Origin: an uncultured Chromatiales bacterium
Lineage (GTDB): Bacteria > Bacteroidota > Ignavibacteria > SZUA-365 > CAYQST01
Assembly (NCBI GenBank): GCA_964420295.1
Contig: CAYQST010000010.1
Location: forward strand, 6,554-70,553
Length of the DNA stretch: 64,000 nucleotides
Reading direction: 5' to 3'
Positions within the stretch are counted from its first letter, which is position 1. Every line of letters begins with the position of its first letter. The notes beneath the pieces are model-generated. The model did not search any database and had not been told where the DNA came from. It worked only from the letters and a program-made list of their open reading frames with translations. Position numbers and translations under genes: made by a program. Positions 16,089 through 26,030 of the stretch are shown here, piece by piece.

Positions 16089-18502
16089 GGCCACCAATGA
16101 AACCGACCCTGTGGATCACCATTCTCGTTGCCTTGGTGAGCGCGCCCCTGCCCTGCCAGGCCCAGTGGCGCTGGCTCTACCCTTCCCTGCGCGGAGAGTT
16201 TCGGTCCTGCGTCATGGCGAGCGCCGATCATGCCTACATCCTGACCGCCTCCGACAGCGTGCTGGAGACCAGGGATCAGGGGCGTACCTGGACCACGATG
16301 GAGGTGGACGGACTGCCTACTTTCGGCGTGTTCTTTCGCCCGTCCCTTGGATTCCTGGTGGTGCGGGACCGGGGTGCGGGGTCCAATCTCCTGCTATCCT
16401 GGCATATCCTGAAGACCTCGAACGGGGGACAGAGCTGGCATCGCCTGCCTCCCACCTTCGGGGATGTGGTGGATGTGTACTTCGGCACGGATTCCCTGGG
16501 CTGGGTGACCCTGCGCACGGGAGCGGGTATGCACACGACGGACGGAGGGCAAACATGGGAACCGAACGCGCCGGGGACCCCACCGATCATACGCTGGATG
16601 GATCGGAACACCTGGTATGGATACCGGCATTATTCCACTGAAGTCGGACGAAGGGACAGTGTGCTCTGGTACTCTTTCGATGGAGGCGCCACTTGGAAAA
16701 AAAGAACGTTTACCGCGTTTCCAAGAATAGGTACTGGCTATACACTGCAATCTGAGTGTCTGTCTCTTACACATACTTCCACGGGAACGTTTTTAGCTCT
16801 AAATCATGTATATGCACTTTCGCCTAGCATGCAGACCTTTTTTACATCATTCAGTATTGCCCGATCGAACGACTCAGGACGTACATGGAGTATGGAATAT
16901 AATCCCGTTGTCTTTCAGACAACGGGAAGTAGCCAACGGGCGGAAGGTCAGCATAACAGAGCGTTTCCATATCGATTTCTTTCCTTGGGAGATTCGGTCG
17001 TGGCGGTTGTTTCGGATATTGGAAGGAACTGGCTTCGATTCGTGAATGGGGCCCAAGCGTCCATCACTATCGATATCCTATTTGATGAATTCACAAATTG
17101 CGGCTACGATTCAGACCATGAGGGACGTGTGATCGCGGTTTCGTCTTCGCGAAAGCGCATACAATGGAGTACTGATGTCGGAAACACCTGGACGTGGCGA
17201 AATGACGAGGAGATGATCAACACAAGCATGGTCCGGGCACTCCTTTCTTTTCATTCCACGGGACTCGTGATCGGGTATGCTCCGTACTACGTGGCTCTCT
17301 CGAAGAATGGCTACCTGGTGTTCGATGGGGTGCAAAAGATTCACGATAGCACGAGTAGCATGCATATCGTCGAAGATGGGCCCTGTCAAACTCTTGATGA
17401 TCATCGCGCCCTGCTGGCAAATACAGGATCGAGCACATATCAGATGTTTGAGTTAACAGACAACAAGGAGTGGTTCCCGATCACTTCATACTTTAATAAG
17501 CCAACACCCGTCCAATCACCGCTCGGCACATCCTACTATCTTGGAGCTGGACGTGCCGTTATTGCCGCCGCGGATGGCGTGATTTATGCCCATGTGGAAG
17601 ATACCTGGGAATGGAAGAGAGTGGATTCCGTTATTGATTTCGCTGGATCTGAAGCGGCGAGTCAACGTATGAGATTTTTTTCTCGCGATGAAGGAGTCTG
17701 TGTTGACTATGAACAGGGCTCCTATCGGAGTAGAACGGGACTTGATAGCCTTGTGTATTTTCTTACCGTGAGAACGACCTCGGATGGAGGAAAGTCTTGG
17801 ACCAGAATACAAACTCCTCTTAAGCAGTTCATCCAACTCGTACAGCCATCACTTGCAAACAAATCCTCGCTCGGGATTCTGAATCGTCATTCCTATCTCA
17901 CCGGGAACCCCGATGGAATTCGCAAAACCACGGATTGGGGACATACATGGACCTTAGTTTGTCCCGCGACGGAAGGGATCTTTTCCATTAGCGCGGTGGA
18001 TTCGCTTCGCGCTTTTGCCACGACGGAGCACGAACTACTAGGTACGATTGATGGAGGACAAAGGTGGTCACGTATCACACCACGAGATGCATCGGGACGT
18101 GTTCTTAGTGCGGGAGTCTTTACGAAGGTCTTCACCACGCCCTCCGGCTTCGTGCTCGCCTGCCTGCCGGATGGCTTCATCGGAGGCATGGCGGATTCCA
18201 TCCTCACAGGGGTGGACCGTACGGAGCCCGTGTTCCCCACCGACCCGCTTCGCATCTACCCAAACCCCGGTGTTGCGGGTGGGACTGTCCGCATCCGGTT
18301 TACACAGCAGACAGCGGGGAGTGCCTCGATTACCCTGTACTCCTTGCTGGGCCAGCATCTGCATCACGAGATCCTCGACGACCGTCACGTAGGCCCCCGT
18401 GAGGTTACTCTGTGCACCGCCGGCCTCCCGCCCGGACTCTACTTTGTCGCGGTGTCCACGCCCGAAGGAGTGAGGGTGGGGAAGGTGGTGGTGGGAAGGT
18501 GA
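16085..18502 (+). CDS. Secreted BNR/Asp-box beta-propeller protein with T9SS C-terminal sorting domain
   Basis: Signal peptide; repeated (S/T)xDxGxTW motifs; C-terminal IYPNP...ITLYSLLGQ...LPPGLYFV...KVVV. Confidence 0.88.
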   Translation: MRPPMKPTLWITILVALVSAPLPCQAQWRWLYPSLRGEFRSCVMASADHAYILTASDSVLETRDQGRTWTTMEVDGLPTFGVFFRPSLGFLVVRDRGAGSNLLLSWHILKTSNGGQSWHRLPPTFGDVVDVYFGTDSLGWVTLRTGAGMHTTDGGQTWEPNAPGTPPIIRWMDRNTWYGYRHYSTEVGRRDSVLWYSFDGGATWKKRTFTAFPRIGTGYTLQSECLSLTHTSTGTFLALNHVYALSPSMQTFFTSFSIARSNDSGRTWSMEYNPVVFQTTGSSQRAEGQHNRAFPYRFLSLGDSVVAVVSDIGRNWLRFVNGAQASITIDILFDEFTNCGYDSDHEGRVIAVSSSRKRIQWSTDVGNTWTWRNDEEMINTSMVRALLSFHSTGLVIGYAPYYVALSKNGYLVFDGVQKIHDSTSSMHIVEDGPCQTLDDHRALLANTGSSTYQMFELTDNKEWFPITSYFNKPTPVQSPLGTSYYLGAGRAVIAAADGVIYAHVEDTWEWKRVDSVIDFAGSEAASQRMRFFSRDEGVCVDYEQGSYRSRTGLDSLVYFLTVRTTSDGGKSWTRIQTPLKQFIQLVQPSLANKSSLGILNRHSYLTGNPDGIRKTTDWGHTWTLVCPATEGIFSISAVDSLRAFATTEHELLGTIDGGQRWSRITPRDASGRVLSAGVFTKVFTTPSGFVLACLPDGFIGGMADSILTGVDRTEPVFPTDPLRIYPNPGVAGGTVRIRFTQQTAGSASITLYSLLGQHLHHEILDDRHVGPREVTLCTAGLPPGLYFVAVSTPEGVRVGKVVVGR

Positions 18503-18609
18503 AGTGTGAAGAGAAAAGAGTAAAGGCGTGTATACGTGAATAGGTGAATGAGTGAATACGATAATGGGTGAAGGAGCGCCCCCTTTACTCTTTCCCCTTT
18601 ACTCTTCCC
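18499..18609. repeat. Composite palindromic element, site D
   Basis: GTGAAGT GTGAAGA GAAAAGA GTAAAGG / GTGTATAC GTGAATAG GTGAATGA GTGAATAC GATAATGG GTGAAGG / CCTTTAC TCTTTCC CCTTTAC TCTTCCC; first unit holds the upstream TGA. Confidence 0.8.
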
Positions 18610-18675
18610 TCCTCTTGCCTTTTTCACTATCTCCATTTTTCCTACATTTCGCCTCTTTCATCACACAGGACCATC

Positions 18676-19506
18676 ATGACCACCATACGAATCCTCGCTC
18701 TGTGTCTCACTCTCATCGCGGGAACCACGTTCGCACAGAAACAGAAAGCGGCTCCCGCTCCCACCAAGGAATCCAAAGGAAAAACCACGATGATCATCAT
18801 GAAAACCGATCTGGGCGAAATGGAAATCGAACTCTGGAACGAAGTCGCGCCCAAGACCGTGGACAATTTCGTCGGCCTCGCCATGGGGACGAAGCAATGG
18901 AAGGACCCGAAATCCGGGGAAATGGTCACCCGCCCGTTCTACGACGGCTTGAAATTTCACCGCGTCATCAACGATTTCATGATTCAGGGTGGCTGCCCCA
19001 AGGGAGATGGAACCGGAGATCCCGGATATAAATTTGAGGACGAATGCTTCGATACGGGCAATGCCGCCGTCATCACCGGCAAGATTCCGGATGTGGCCAC
19101 GGCCATGCGGGTGTACGAGGAAATCCTGCTTCCCTATCTGCGCGCCACCCCCCAGCCGAGCAAGGACATCACGTCCATCCTCGAAAAATGTCAGGCCCAG
19201 AACAGCGCGGCTCCCCTGATGGAACAGCCGATCGAATTCTATACCAAGATCACGGGTCGCACCGAACCCTTCCGCAGTCAGGGCACCCTCAAGGCCAAGG
19301 TCGCCTACGGCACCATCTGCATGGCCAACTCGGGTCCCAATACCAACGGCTCCCAGTTCTTTATCGTGACGAAGAAGGAAGGCTGCGACTGGCTCGACGG
19401 CAAGCACACCGTGTTCGGCACCGTGGTCAAGGGCCTGGATGTGCTCCATGCCATCGAAAAGAAAGGCAATGGAGTAGGTATCGTCAGCGTGCGCGTCAAA
19501 AACTGA
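18676..19506 (+). CDS. Exported cyclophilin-type peptidyl-prolyl isomerase with an internal insertion
   Basis: Signal peptide; [44 protein letters not shown]. Confidence 0.93.
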   Translation: MTTIRILALCLTLIAGTTFAQKQKAAPAPTKESKGKTTMIIMKTDLGEMEIELWNEVAPKTVDNFVGLAMGTKQWKDPKSGEMVTRPFYDGLKFHRVINDFMIQGGCPKGDGTGDPGYKFEDECFDTGNAAVITGKIPDVATAMRVYEEILLPYLRATPQPSKDITSILEKCQAQNSAAPLMEQPIEFYTKITGRTEPFRSQGTLKAKVAYGTICMANSGPNTNGSQFFIVTKKEGCDWLDGKHTVFGTVVKGLDVLHAIEKKGNGVGIVSVRVKN

Positions 19507-19525
19507 CCCCCATTTCTTCCCTAGC

Positions 19526-19556
19526 ACGGCGGCCCTTCCTCTGGATCGGCCGCCGT
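19526..19556 (+). terminator. Hairpin after the cyclophilin gene
   Basis: ACGGCGGCC...GGCCGCCGT 9-bp stem with a weak U tail. Confidence 0.5.
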
Positions 19557-19579
19557 ATTCGTTTCTGGGGATTTCCTCG

Positions 19580-19587
19580 TACTTTTG
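19580..19587 (+). promoter_or_regulatory. Bacteroidota-type -7 box
   Basis: TACTTTTG fits TAnnTTTG, about 70 nt before the DUF362 ATG; no clear -33 box. Confidence 0.3.
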
Positions 19588-19656
19588 TTGCATCCTCGGA
19601 CCCCGCTCCCCCGTACACGGCGGTTTTCGGAATTTTTCCATCATCCGGAGCTTGTC

Positions 19657-20835
19657 ATGGATACCCCGACCCTCGTTTCCGATCTCAGCAGAAGAGACTT
19701 CGTCAAAGTGAGCGCCGCCACTGGCCTGGCCGCCCTCGTCCTGCCTCATCTGCCCTCTTCCTCCGCTCTCGCCTCGCCGCCGGACAAGCCCGCCACCAAC
19801 ATCGCCGAAGCCCTCGCCATCCCGCGCACCGCCGAGTCCCTGCCGGGCAAATACCCCGGCCGCGTGGTGGAGGTGTTCAGCGAATCCTGTCTCCGCGAGG
19901 ATCGCCCCGATCGCGAGGCCTGCCTCCGCATGCTCGACGAGGGCATGACCCAGCTCACCGGGATTCAGGATCCCGTGAAGGCATGGACCACCTTCGTCTC
20001 CCCCAATGATGTCGTGGGTCTCAAGGTCAATCCCATCGGCGGCTCCCTTCTTTCCACGAGCATCGAACTCGTCCACGCCGTGATCGATCGCCTCGTCGAG
20101 GCGGGAATCCCGAAATCCCAGCTCGTGATTTGGGACCGCCGGGAATTCGAACTGCACGAGGCCGGTTTTACCGCGAAAGAATTCCCCGGCATCGAGATCG
20201 TGGGCACCGAAAAGAAGGACGAGAAGGGGAGTTTCCGCGACGCGTCGGGCGCCCTCTACAGCGAGACCATGATCGATCGGAAATGGTACTACTGGGCCGA
20301 CTGCGAGGAGGCCTACGACGAGGAAACCCTGCCCTACATGGTCAATACCGGCAAGCATTCCTACTTCAGCACCATCGTCACCCAAAAGCTGACCAAGATC
20401 ATCAACATGCCGGTGCTGAAAAATGCCGGACCCACCGTCACCCTCTGCCTCAAGAACCTGGCCTATGGGGCCATTTCCAATACGGGACGCCTCCACAAAC
20501 AACTCTGGGGTGAAACCTGCGCCCAGGTGCCCTGCTTTCCCCCGCTGCGTGACAAGACCGTGCTCAATATCGTGGACGGAATTCGGGGCTGCTATCAGGG
20601 CGGACCCGCCGCCGATCCGAAGTATATCACGGATTACAAAGTGCTCCTCTTCGGCACCGATCCCGTGGCCGTGGATCGCATCGGCTACGACATCGTGCTG
20701 AAAAAACGCCTGGAAATGGACGTCCAGAAACAGGAAAGTCCCCGCGGCACCGCCTTTCTGAAGCTCGCCGAGGAGTACAAGCTCGGAATCGCCGAACCCG
20801 CATCCATCATTCACACACGACGAGTTCTCTCATGA
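19657..20835 (+). CDS. Tat-exported DUF362 domain protein
   Basis: SRRDFVK twin-arginine signal; VVGLKVNP, KIINMPVLK, TLCLKN, DPVAVD. Confidence 0.85.
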   Translation: MDTPTLVSDLSRRDFVKVSAATGLAALVLPHLPSSSALASPPDKPATNIAEALAIPRTAESLPGKYPGRVVEVFSESCLREDRPDREACLRMLDEGMTQLTGIQDPVKAWTTFVSPNDVVGLKVNPIGGSLLSTSIELVHAVIDRLVEAGIPKSQLVIWDRREFELHEAGFTAKEFPGIEIVGTEKKDEKGSFRDASGALYSETMIDRKWYYWADCEEAYDEETLPYMVNTGKHSYFSTIVTQKLTKIINMPVLKNAGPTVTLCLKNLAYGAISNTGRLHKQLWGETCAQVPCFPPLRDKTVLNIVDGIRGCYQGGPAADPKYITDYKVLLFGTDPVAVDRIGYDIVLKKRLEMDVQKQESPRGTAFLKLAEEYKLGIAEPASIIHTRRVLS

Positions 20836-21701
20836 AGGTTCTGTCCTCCCTGTTCTTCCTGCTGCTCCTCTCCCTCCCGCTTTCCGCCCAGGAAAAGGAT
20901 TTCGAATTCTCCTCGCGGCCCAAGGACGGGCTAACGGTGGTGGAAACCGAACGCCATCGTGGTCAGCAGTTGTACGGAGTCCTGAACGGGGGCGCCGAAC
21001 TGTACTTCGAGTATGGAGTCCAATCTCTCTGCGTGCAGAAGCTGACTCTCGGCGCGATGCCGGTAAAGGCGGAGATCTGGACTACCGCCACTCCCCTCGA
21101 GGCCTTCGGCCTCTTTTCCTATCTGCGAGGCCCCATTGCCGCCGAGAACGACGAAGGCATTCTCTTCGCCTTTCAGCCGCGTTCTTCGGTGCTACAGAGA
21201 GGGCGATTCTGCATCACGATCTCCACCGAGGGCAAAAACGGACTCACCGAACAGAATCAGACCCAGCTTCTTGCCCTGATCAAGGAAATGACTGCGGGAT
21301 TCGCGGCGTCGGAAACGACCATCCCTCTGCGGGAGGGCATGGAAAGCAATTCCCTCACAGGGTTGCGCCTGGTCCTGGGCCGACTCGCCCTTCAGAACCA
21401 ACCCATTCCCGAGGGCGAACGCTTTCAGGATTTCGAAGGACTGACCCTCGTGTATCTCGCCATGGACGGGAAGCCCGTAAAGGGGTCCTACTACCACGTG
21501 CGATTGAAGGATCGCGGCCAGTTTACCTCTCTGGGAGATCAGTGGGGCTTTCCCTACGACCTCATGGAGCCGGAGACCTGGAGAGCGTCGAAACTCGATC
21601 AGCGGATGTGGGGAAGAAAAACCGAGGATGGATTCATGATTCTCGTTCTGGATGCCGAAGTCCCCGAACTCGCATCGGAACTGATCGACGCCCTGCGCTA
21701 G
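20832..21701 (+). CDS. Secreted hypothetical protein (DUF6599-like)
   Basis: Signal peptide; LYGVLNGGAELYFEYG and AFGLFS motifs; ATGA overlap with DUF362. Confidence 0.65.
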   Translation: MKVLSSLFFLLLLSLPLSAQEKDFEFSSRPKDGLTVVETERHRGQQLYGVLNGGAELYFEYGVQSLCVQKLTLGAMPVKAEIWTTATPLEAFGLFSYLRGPIAAENDEGILFAFQPRSSVLQRGRFCITISTEGKNGLTEQNQTQLLALIKEMTAGFAASETTIPLREGMESNSLTGLRLVLGRLALQNQPIPEGERFQDFEGLTLVYLAMDGKPVKGSYYHVRLKDRGQFTSLGDQWGFPYDLMEPETWRASKLDQRMWGRKTEDGFMILVLDAEVPELASELIDALR

Positions 21702-21710
21702 TCGCCGCCC

Positions 21711-22253
21711 CTACCATTCGAGGGCGCGTTCCCGAAAGTCTGTCACCACGTACACCAGCCCGTACACCAACGCCCCGAACGCGGTGAGAATGCCCAGCCA
21801 GTGAATCCACGCGGCGAGCTCCACCGCGCTGTCCAAAGCGTCGAGCTCGCTCATGATCGTGTGCCAGTCGTGAAGCACGGTCTTGCTGATGAGCTGAAGG
21901 TTCTGGTACTTCGCGTCCTGAATGTACACGGCCGCGTTGCACATGCTCACCCCGGTCCAATACAGCATCGTCCAGGCATGAGGGCGGTAGCGAAAACACA
22001 GAAACACCGCGATTCCCAGAGGAAAGATCACCTGAAAGATGCTTCCACCCATGAAGTACAGCAGGTGCCCGAAGGGAGAAAACACGAAGTGTCCGGCCTC
22101 GTGCACGATGAGGGTCACCGTGTCCACGATGAACACCACGAAGGGCGGGGAATAGCCCGGTGCGACGGGCACGTACCAGAACGCGTAGAACCAGAGGAGC
22201 CAGCCCGCATAGGCCAGTCCCAGACTCTTGAGGATGGGAACGAGGTATTTCAT
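21711..22253 (-). CDS. Membrane protein with an HExxH motif (M50-like zinc metalloprotease candidate)
   Basis: Several TM segments; LIVHEAGH and a downstream HDW motif. Confidence 0.7.
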   Translation of the reverse strand: MKYLVPILKSLGLAYAGWLLWFYAFWYVPVAPGYSPPFVVFIVDTVTLIVHEAGHFVFSPFGHLLYFMGGSIFQVIFPLGIAVFLCFRYRPHAWTMLYWTGVSMCNAAVYIQDAKYQNLQLISKTVLHDWHTIMSELDALDSAVELAAWIHWLGILTAFGALVYGLVYVVTDFRERALEW

Positions 22254-22293
22254 ACAGAGGTCGCGTCCCTGCTGCACTCGGGACGCGAACGGA

Positions 22294-25200
22294 TCAGGAA
22301 CAGCCGCTGGTAGTGCCGCAGTCCTCGCACACCGTGCAGGCCCCGTTGCGCTTGACACGGGAGGAACCGCAGGACAGACACATCTCGCCGGTGTACCCCT
22401 GGGCCTTGGCAAGAAGAATGGCGCCGGCGTCGCCGAGGGACTTCGTGGTCTCCATCACCACTTCGGGTGCGGCCTCCGCAGCCTTGCGTTTCTGCAGCAC
22501 CGGCGGGGTGTTGAAGTGCGTGAGGGGCTTTTCGGCGGGCTCATCCACGGATTTGACGTGGATGAAATCCGTGCGACCGAGGTACTCGAATCCCAGGGCA
22601 CGGAATACGTAATCCAGCACGGAGGTGGCGTTCTTGATGGCCTCGTGTCCCACCACCGTCCCTGCCGGCTCGAAGCGGGTAAAGGTAAAGGAATCCACCA
22701 GCTCCTCGAGAGGCACGCCGTACTGCAGGGCCTTCGAAGCCAGCACGGCGAAGCAGTTGAGCAGACCCTTGTAGGACGCCCCTTCCTTGTACATATCGAT
22801 GAAGATTTCTCCGAGGTTACCGTCTTCGTATTCCCCGGTGCGCAGAAACACCTTGTGCCCGCCCACCACGGCTTCGCGCACGAACCCGTGCCGCTTGGCC
22901 GGGAGCTTGCGGCGATGGGGCTTGTACACGAGCACCTCATGCACTTCCTTCGGTCCCACGCCTTCGTCGAAATTGTCCTCGTCCCCGATTTCCAGAAGCA
23001 CCCGGGCCTCGGGATCGCTGATCGTGTTGAGGGGCTGGGAGAGCTTCGACCCGTCGCGATAGAGGGCGTTGGATTTGAGCATCAACTGCCAGGACAGCTC
23101 GTAGGCGTGGCGCACATCTTCGATGGTGGCCTCGGCCGGCATGTTGATGGTTTTCGAAATGGAACCGGAAATGAAGGGCTGCACGGCCGCCATCATGCGA
23201 ATATGACCCTCGGGCGCGATGAAGCGCTGGCCCCGCTTGCCGCAGGTGTTGGCGGTGTCGAAAATGGGCAGGTCCGCAGGACGCAGACCGGGAGCTCCCT
23301 CGATCATCATGGTGCCGCACACGTATTCATTGGCTCGCTCGATCTGCTCCTCGGTGAACTTGAGGGCCGAGAGCATGTCGAAATCGGGACTGTCGAGCAT
23401 CTCTCGAGTGAATCCCAGTTTGAAGCAGAGATCGTCGCCGAGCACGAAGCGATTGAAGGCGAATCGCAGGTCGAACACCGAATCGAGCTGCTCCTCCACC
23501 TTTTCGATGCCTTCGGACGTGAAGCCCCGCTCAAGCAGACTGTCGCGATGGATGTCGGGACAACCCGCCAGGGTGCCGTGGCCCTTCACGTACTTTTCGA
23601 TCTGCTCGATCTGTCCCGCCGAGTAGCCCAACACGTCGAGGGCCTTGGACACGGACTGATTGACGATCTTGAAATACCCGCCTCCGGCGAGCTTCTTGAA
23701 CTTCACGATGGCGAAATCCGGCTCGATGCCGGTGGTGTCGCAGTCCATCACCAGTCCGATCGTTCCCGTCGGCGCGATCACCGACACCTGCGCGTTACGG
23801 AAGCCATACTCCTCACCGAGGGCCAGGGCCTGGTCCCAGCTTTCGCGGGCAGCCATGGTCAGCGATGCGGGGCAGAGGATATCGTTCAGGGGCTGGGGAA
23901 GGATGGTGAGGCCTTCGTACTCGTCCTTCGGGGCATTCCATGCGGCCCGGCGATGATTGCGGATCACGCGGAGCATGCTGTCCCGATTTGCTTCGAATCG
24001 GGGGAAGGATCCCACGCACCCCGCAATTTCAGCCGACGTGCGATAGGATTCTCCGGTCATCAGCGCGGTGATGCCCGAGGCGATGGCCCGGCCCCGATCG
24101 CTGTCGTAGGGCACGCCCGCCACCATCAGCACGGTGCCGAGATTGGCGTAGCCCAGACCCAGGGTGCGAAAATCATAACTCTTGCGGGCGATGGCCTGGC
24201 TGGGGAACTGGGCCATGAGCACCGAAATCTCGAGCGTGAGGGTCCAGAGCCGCACCACGTGCCGAAACGCGTCCACATCCAAATCCTGCTTCTTCTCGTT
24301 CCAGAAATAGCGCAGGTTGATGGAGGCGAGATTGCAGGCCGTGTCATCGAGAAACATGTACTCGCTGCAGGGATTGCTCGCGTTGATGCGCCCGTCGGCG
24401 GGACAGGTGTGCCATTCGTTGATGGTGGTGTCGAACTGGAGGCCGGGATCCGCCGAGGCCCAGGCGGCGTAACAGATGCGATCCCAGAGCGCGGCCGCTT
24501 GTACCGTCTTGCTGATCACACCCGTGGTCCGATGGGTGAGTTTCCACTCCTCGTCCTTCCGTACCGCATCCATAAAATCGTTGGTCACCCGCACACTGTT
24601 GTTGCTGTTCTGACCACTGACCGTGGAATACGCTTCGGATTCGTAATGCGTGTTGTATTCATCGAAGGGAAAGCTCGTCCGCCCCTGGCTCGCCAATTGC
24701 ATGGCACGGTAGATGTAGTTGACATGCACCCCCGCCTTCCGGGCGCGACGAATAGCCCGGTCGAGGTTCCTGTTCTTCGCCAGGTCGGTGCCGTTGCCGT
24801 CGATCGCGGCTCGGATGATGGCGTTCAGATGACGCCGACTCACCGAACTCCCCGTCACCAAGGCGGCCACCTTCTGCTCCTCCTTTACCTTCCAATCGAT
24901 GAAATCCTCTATATCGGGATGATCGATGTTGAGCACCACCATCTTGGCGGCCCGGCGCGTCGTGCCTCCGGATTTAATGGAGCCTGCAGCCCGGTCGTTG
25001 ATCTTCAGAAAGGACATCAGGCCCGAGGAATAGCCGCCACCGCTCAGGGGCTCGTTCTTTCCCCGCAAAGAGCTGAAATTGGTGCCCGTGCCGCTTCCGT
25101 ATTTGAAAATACGGGCCTCGCGAGTCACCAGATCGAAAATGCCGCCCTCGTTCACCAGATCGTCGTTTACGGACTGAATGAAGCAGGCATGGGGCTGAGG

Positions 25201-25731
25201 ATGGGTGTAGGCGTCCTCGGACTGCCGAAGCTCACCCGTTTCGGGATCGACGTAAAAATGCCCCTGGGCGGGACCCGTGATCCCGTAGGCCCACTGGAGT
25301 CCGGTATTGAACCATTGCGGGGAATTCGGTGCGGCCATCTGCTGAAGAAGAGTGAAGGCCATCTCGTCGTAATAGGACTGGGCATCGTCGGCACTGTCGA
25401 AGTACCCATGCTCCTCACCCCAGTGACGCCAACACCCCACCATTCGATGCACCACCTGCCGAATGCTGGTTTCGGATCCGGTTCGCACCGTGCCGTCTTC
25501 ATTCAACAGCGGAGTGCCATCCTCGGTGAACTGAGGAACCCCCGCCTTACGGAAGTACTTCTGAGCCAGAATGTCGGTGGCCATCTGGGACCAATGTGAA
25601 GGCACCTCGATGTCGCTCAGCTCGAACACCACGCTCCCATCGGGATTGCGAAGCACGGAAGATCGGCGGGTATACGTGAAAAGGGAATACGGATTCTCTC
25701 CGGCCTTGGTGAATCTTCTGCCGATCTTCAT
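22294..25731 (-). CDS. nrdJ: Class II (adenosylcobalamin-dependent) ribonucleotide reductase
   Basis: [30 protein letters not shown]; C-terminal CxxC...CxxC zinc ribbon; GGAG SD before ATG 25731. Confidence 0.96.
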   Translation of the reverse strand: MKIGRRFTKAGENPYSLFTYTRRSSVLRNPDGSVVFELSDIEVPSHWSQMATDILAQKYFRKAGVPQFTEDGTPLLNEDGTVRTGSETSIRQVVHRMVGCWRHWGEEHGYFDSADDAQSYYDEMAFTLLQQMAAPNSPQWFNTGLQWAYGITGPAQGHFYVDPETGELRQSEDAYTHPQPHACFIQSVNDDLVNEGGIFDLVTREARIFKYGSGTGTNFSSLRGKNEPLSGGGYSSGLMSFLKINDRAAGSIKSGGTTRRAAKMVVLNIDHPDIEDFIDWKVKEEQKVAALVTGSSVSRRHLNAIIRAAIDGNGTDLAKNRNLDRAIRRARKAGVHVNYIYRAMQLASQGRTSFPFDEYNTHYESEAYSTVSGQNSNNSVRVTNDFMDAVRKDEEWKLTHRTTGVISKTVQAAALWDRICYAAWASADPGLQFDTTINEWHTCPADGRINASNPCSEYMFLDDTACNLASINLRYFWNEKKQDLDVDAFRHVVRLWTLTLEISVLMAQFPSQAIARKSYDFRTLGLGYANLGTVLMVAGVPYDSDRGRAIASGITALMTGESYRTSAEIAGCVGSFPRFEANRDSMLRVIRNHRRAAWNAPKDEYEGLTILPQPLNDILCPASLTMAARESWDQALALGEEYGFRNAQVSVIAPTGTIGLVMDCDTTGIEPDFAIVKFKKLAGGGYFKIVNQSVSKALDVLGYSAGQIEQIEKYVKGHGTLAGCPDIHRDSLLERGFTSEGIEKVEEQLDSVFDLRFAFNRFVLGDDLCFKLGFTREMLDSPDFDMLSALKFTEEQIERANEYVCGTMMIEGAPGLRPADLPIFDTANTCGKRGQRFIAPEGHIRMMAAVQPFISGSISKTINMPAEATIEDVRHAYELSWQLMLKSNALYRDGSKLSQPLNTISDPEARVLLEIGDEDNFDEGVGPKEVHEVLVYKPHRRKLPAKRHGFVREAVVGGHKVFLRTGEYEDGNLGEIFIDMYKEGASYKGLLNCFAVLASKALQYGVPLEELVDSFTFTRFEPAGTVVGHEAIKNATSVLDYVFRALGFEYLGRTDFIHVKSVDEPAEKPLTHFNTPPVLQKRKAAEAAPEVVMETTKSLGDAGAILLAKAQGYTGEMCLSCGSSRVKRNGACTVCEDCGTTSGCS

Positions 25732-26030
25732 GAACACGGTCTCCGGGGGGTGGTCAAAAGAAAAAAAAGGAAATCGCCTCGGTGCCGCTAAGGCGTAAAT
25801 ACAGCTATATCAAACGCTTATCGAAAAGAGAGCGAGTAAAATCGAGACTCTAGGTACGTGATGATTCGAAAAATCGAGGGAGAAAAATACTGGAGAGGGG
25901 GCGTATTGTCAAGAGTTCGTAAATCCAGCAAAAACAACTGCATGGACGCTAAGGGATTCCCTGCCAACGGGTTATAGGAACGAAGCGCGAGAGGATTTTT
26001 TTTCGAAGTGCCGAAATCGAAGCAAATTCC

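Noticed and set aside
18568-18675. Upstream GTG starts for the cyclophilin gene (and 49866 for rfbC, 9722 for the secreted protein)
   Set aside because: These GTGs are repeat units; the signal peptide or SD position favours the downstream ATG in each case.
22228-25599. 1123-aa plus-strand ORF, and similar long antisense ORFs (9557-11758, 18661-20814, 53427-55604)
   Set aside because: Shadow frames opposite well-supported genes; expected in high-GC DNA; no motifs recognised.
22294-25731. Possible intein or intron in the 1145-aa NrdJ
   Set aside because: No intein splice motifs or homing-endonuclease motifs seen; the ORF is continuous and its length fits the long NrdJ form.
25740-26030. Cobalamin riboswitch or NrdR boxes upstream of nrdJ
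   Set aside because: No B12-box core found by eye; the best NrdR-like words miss several conserved positions.
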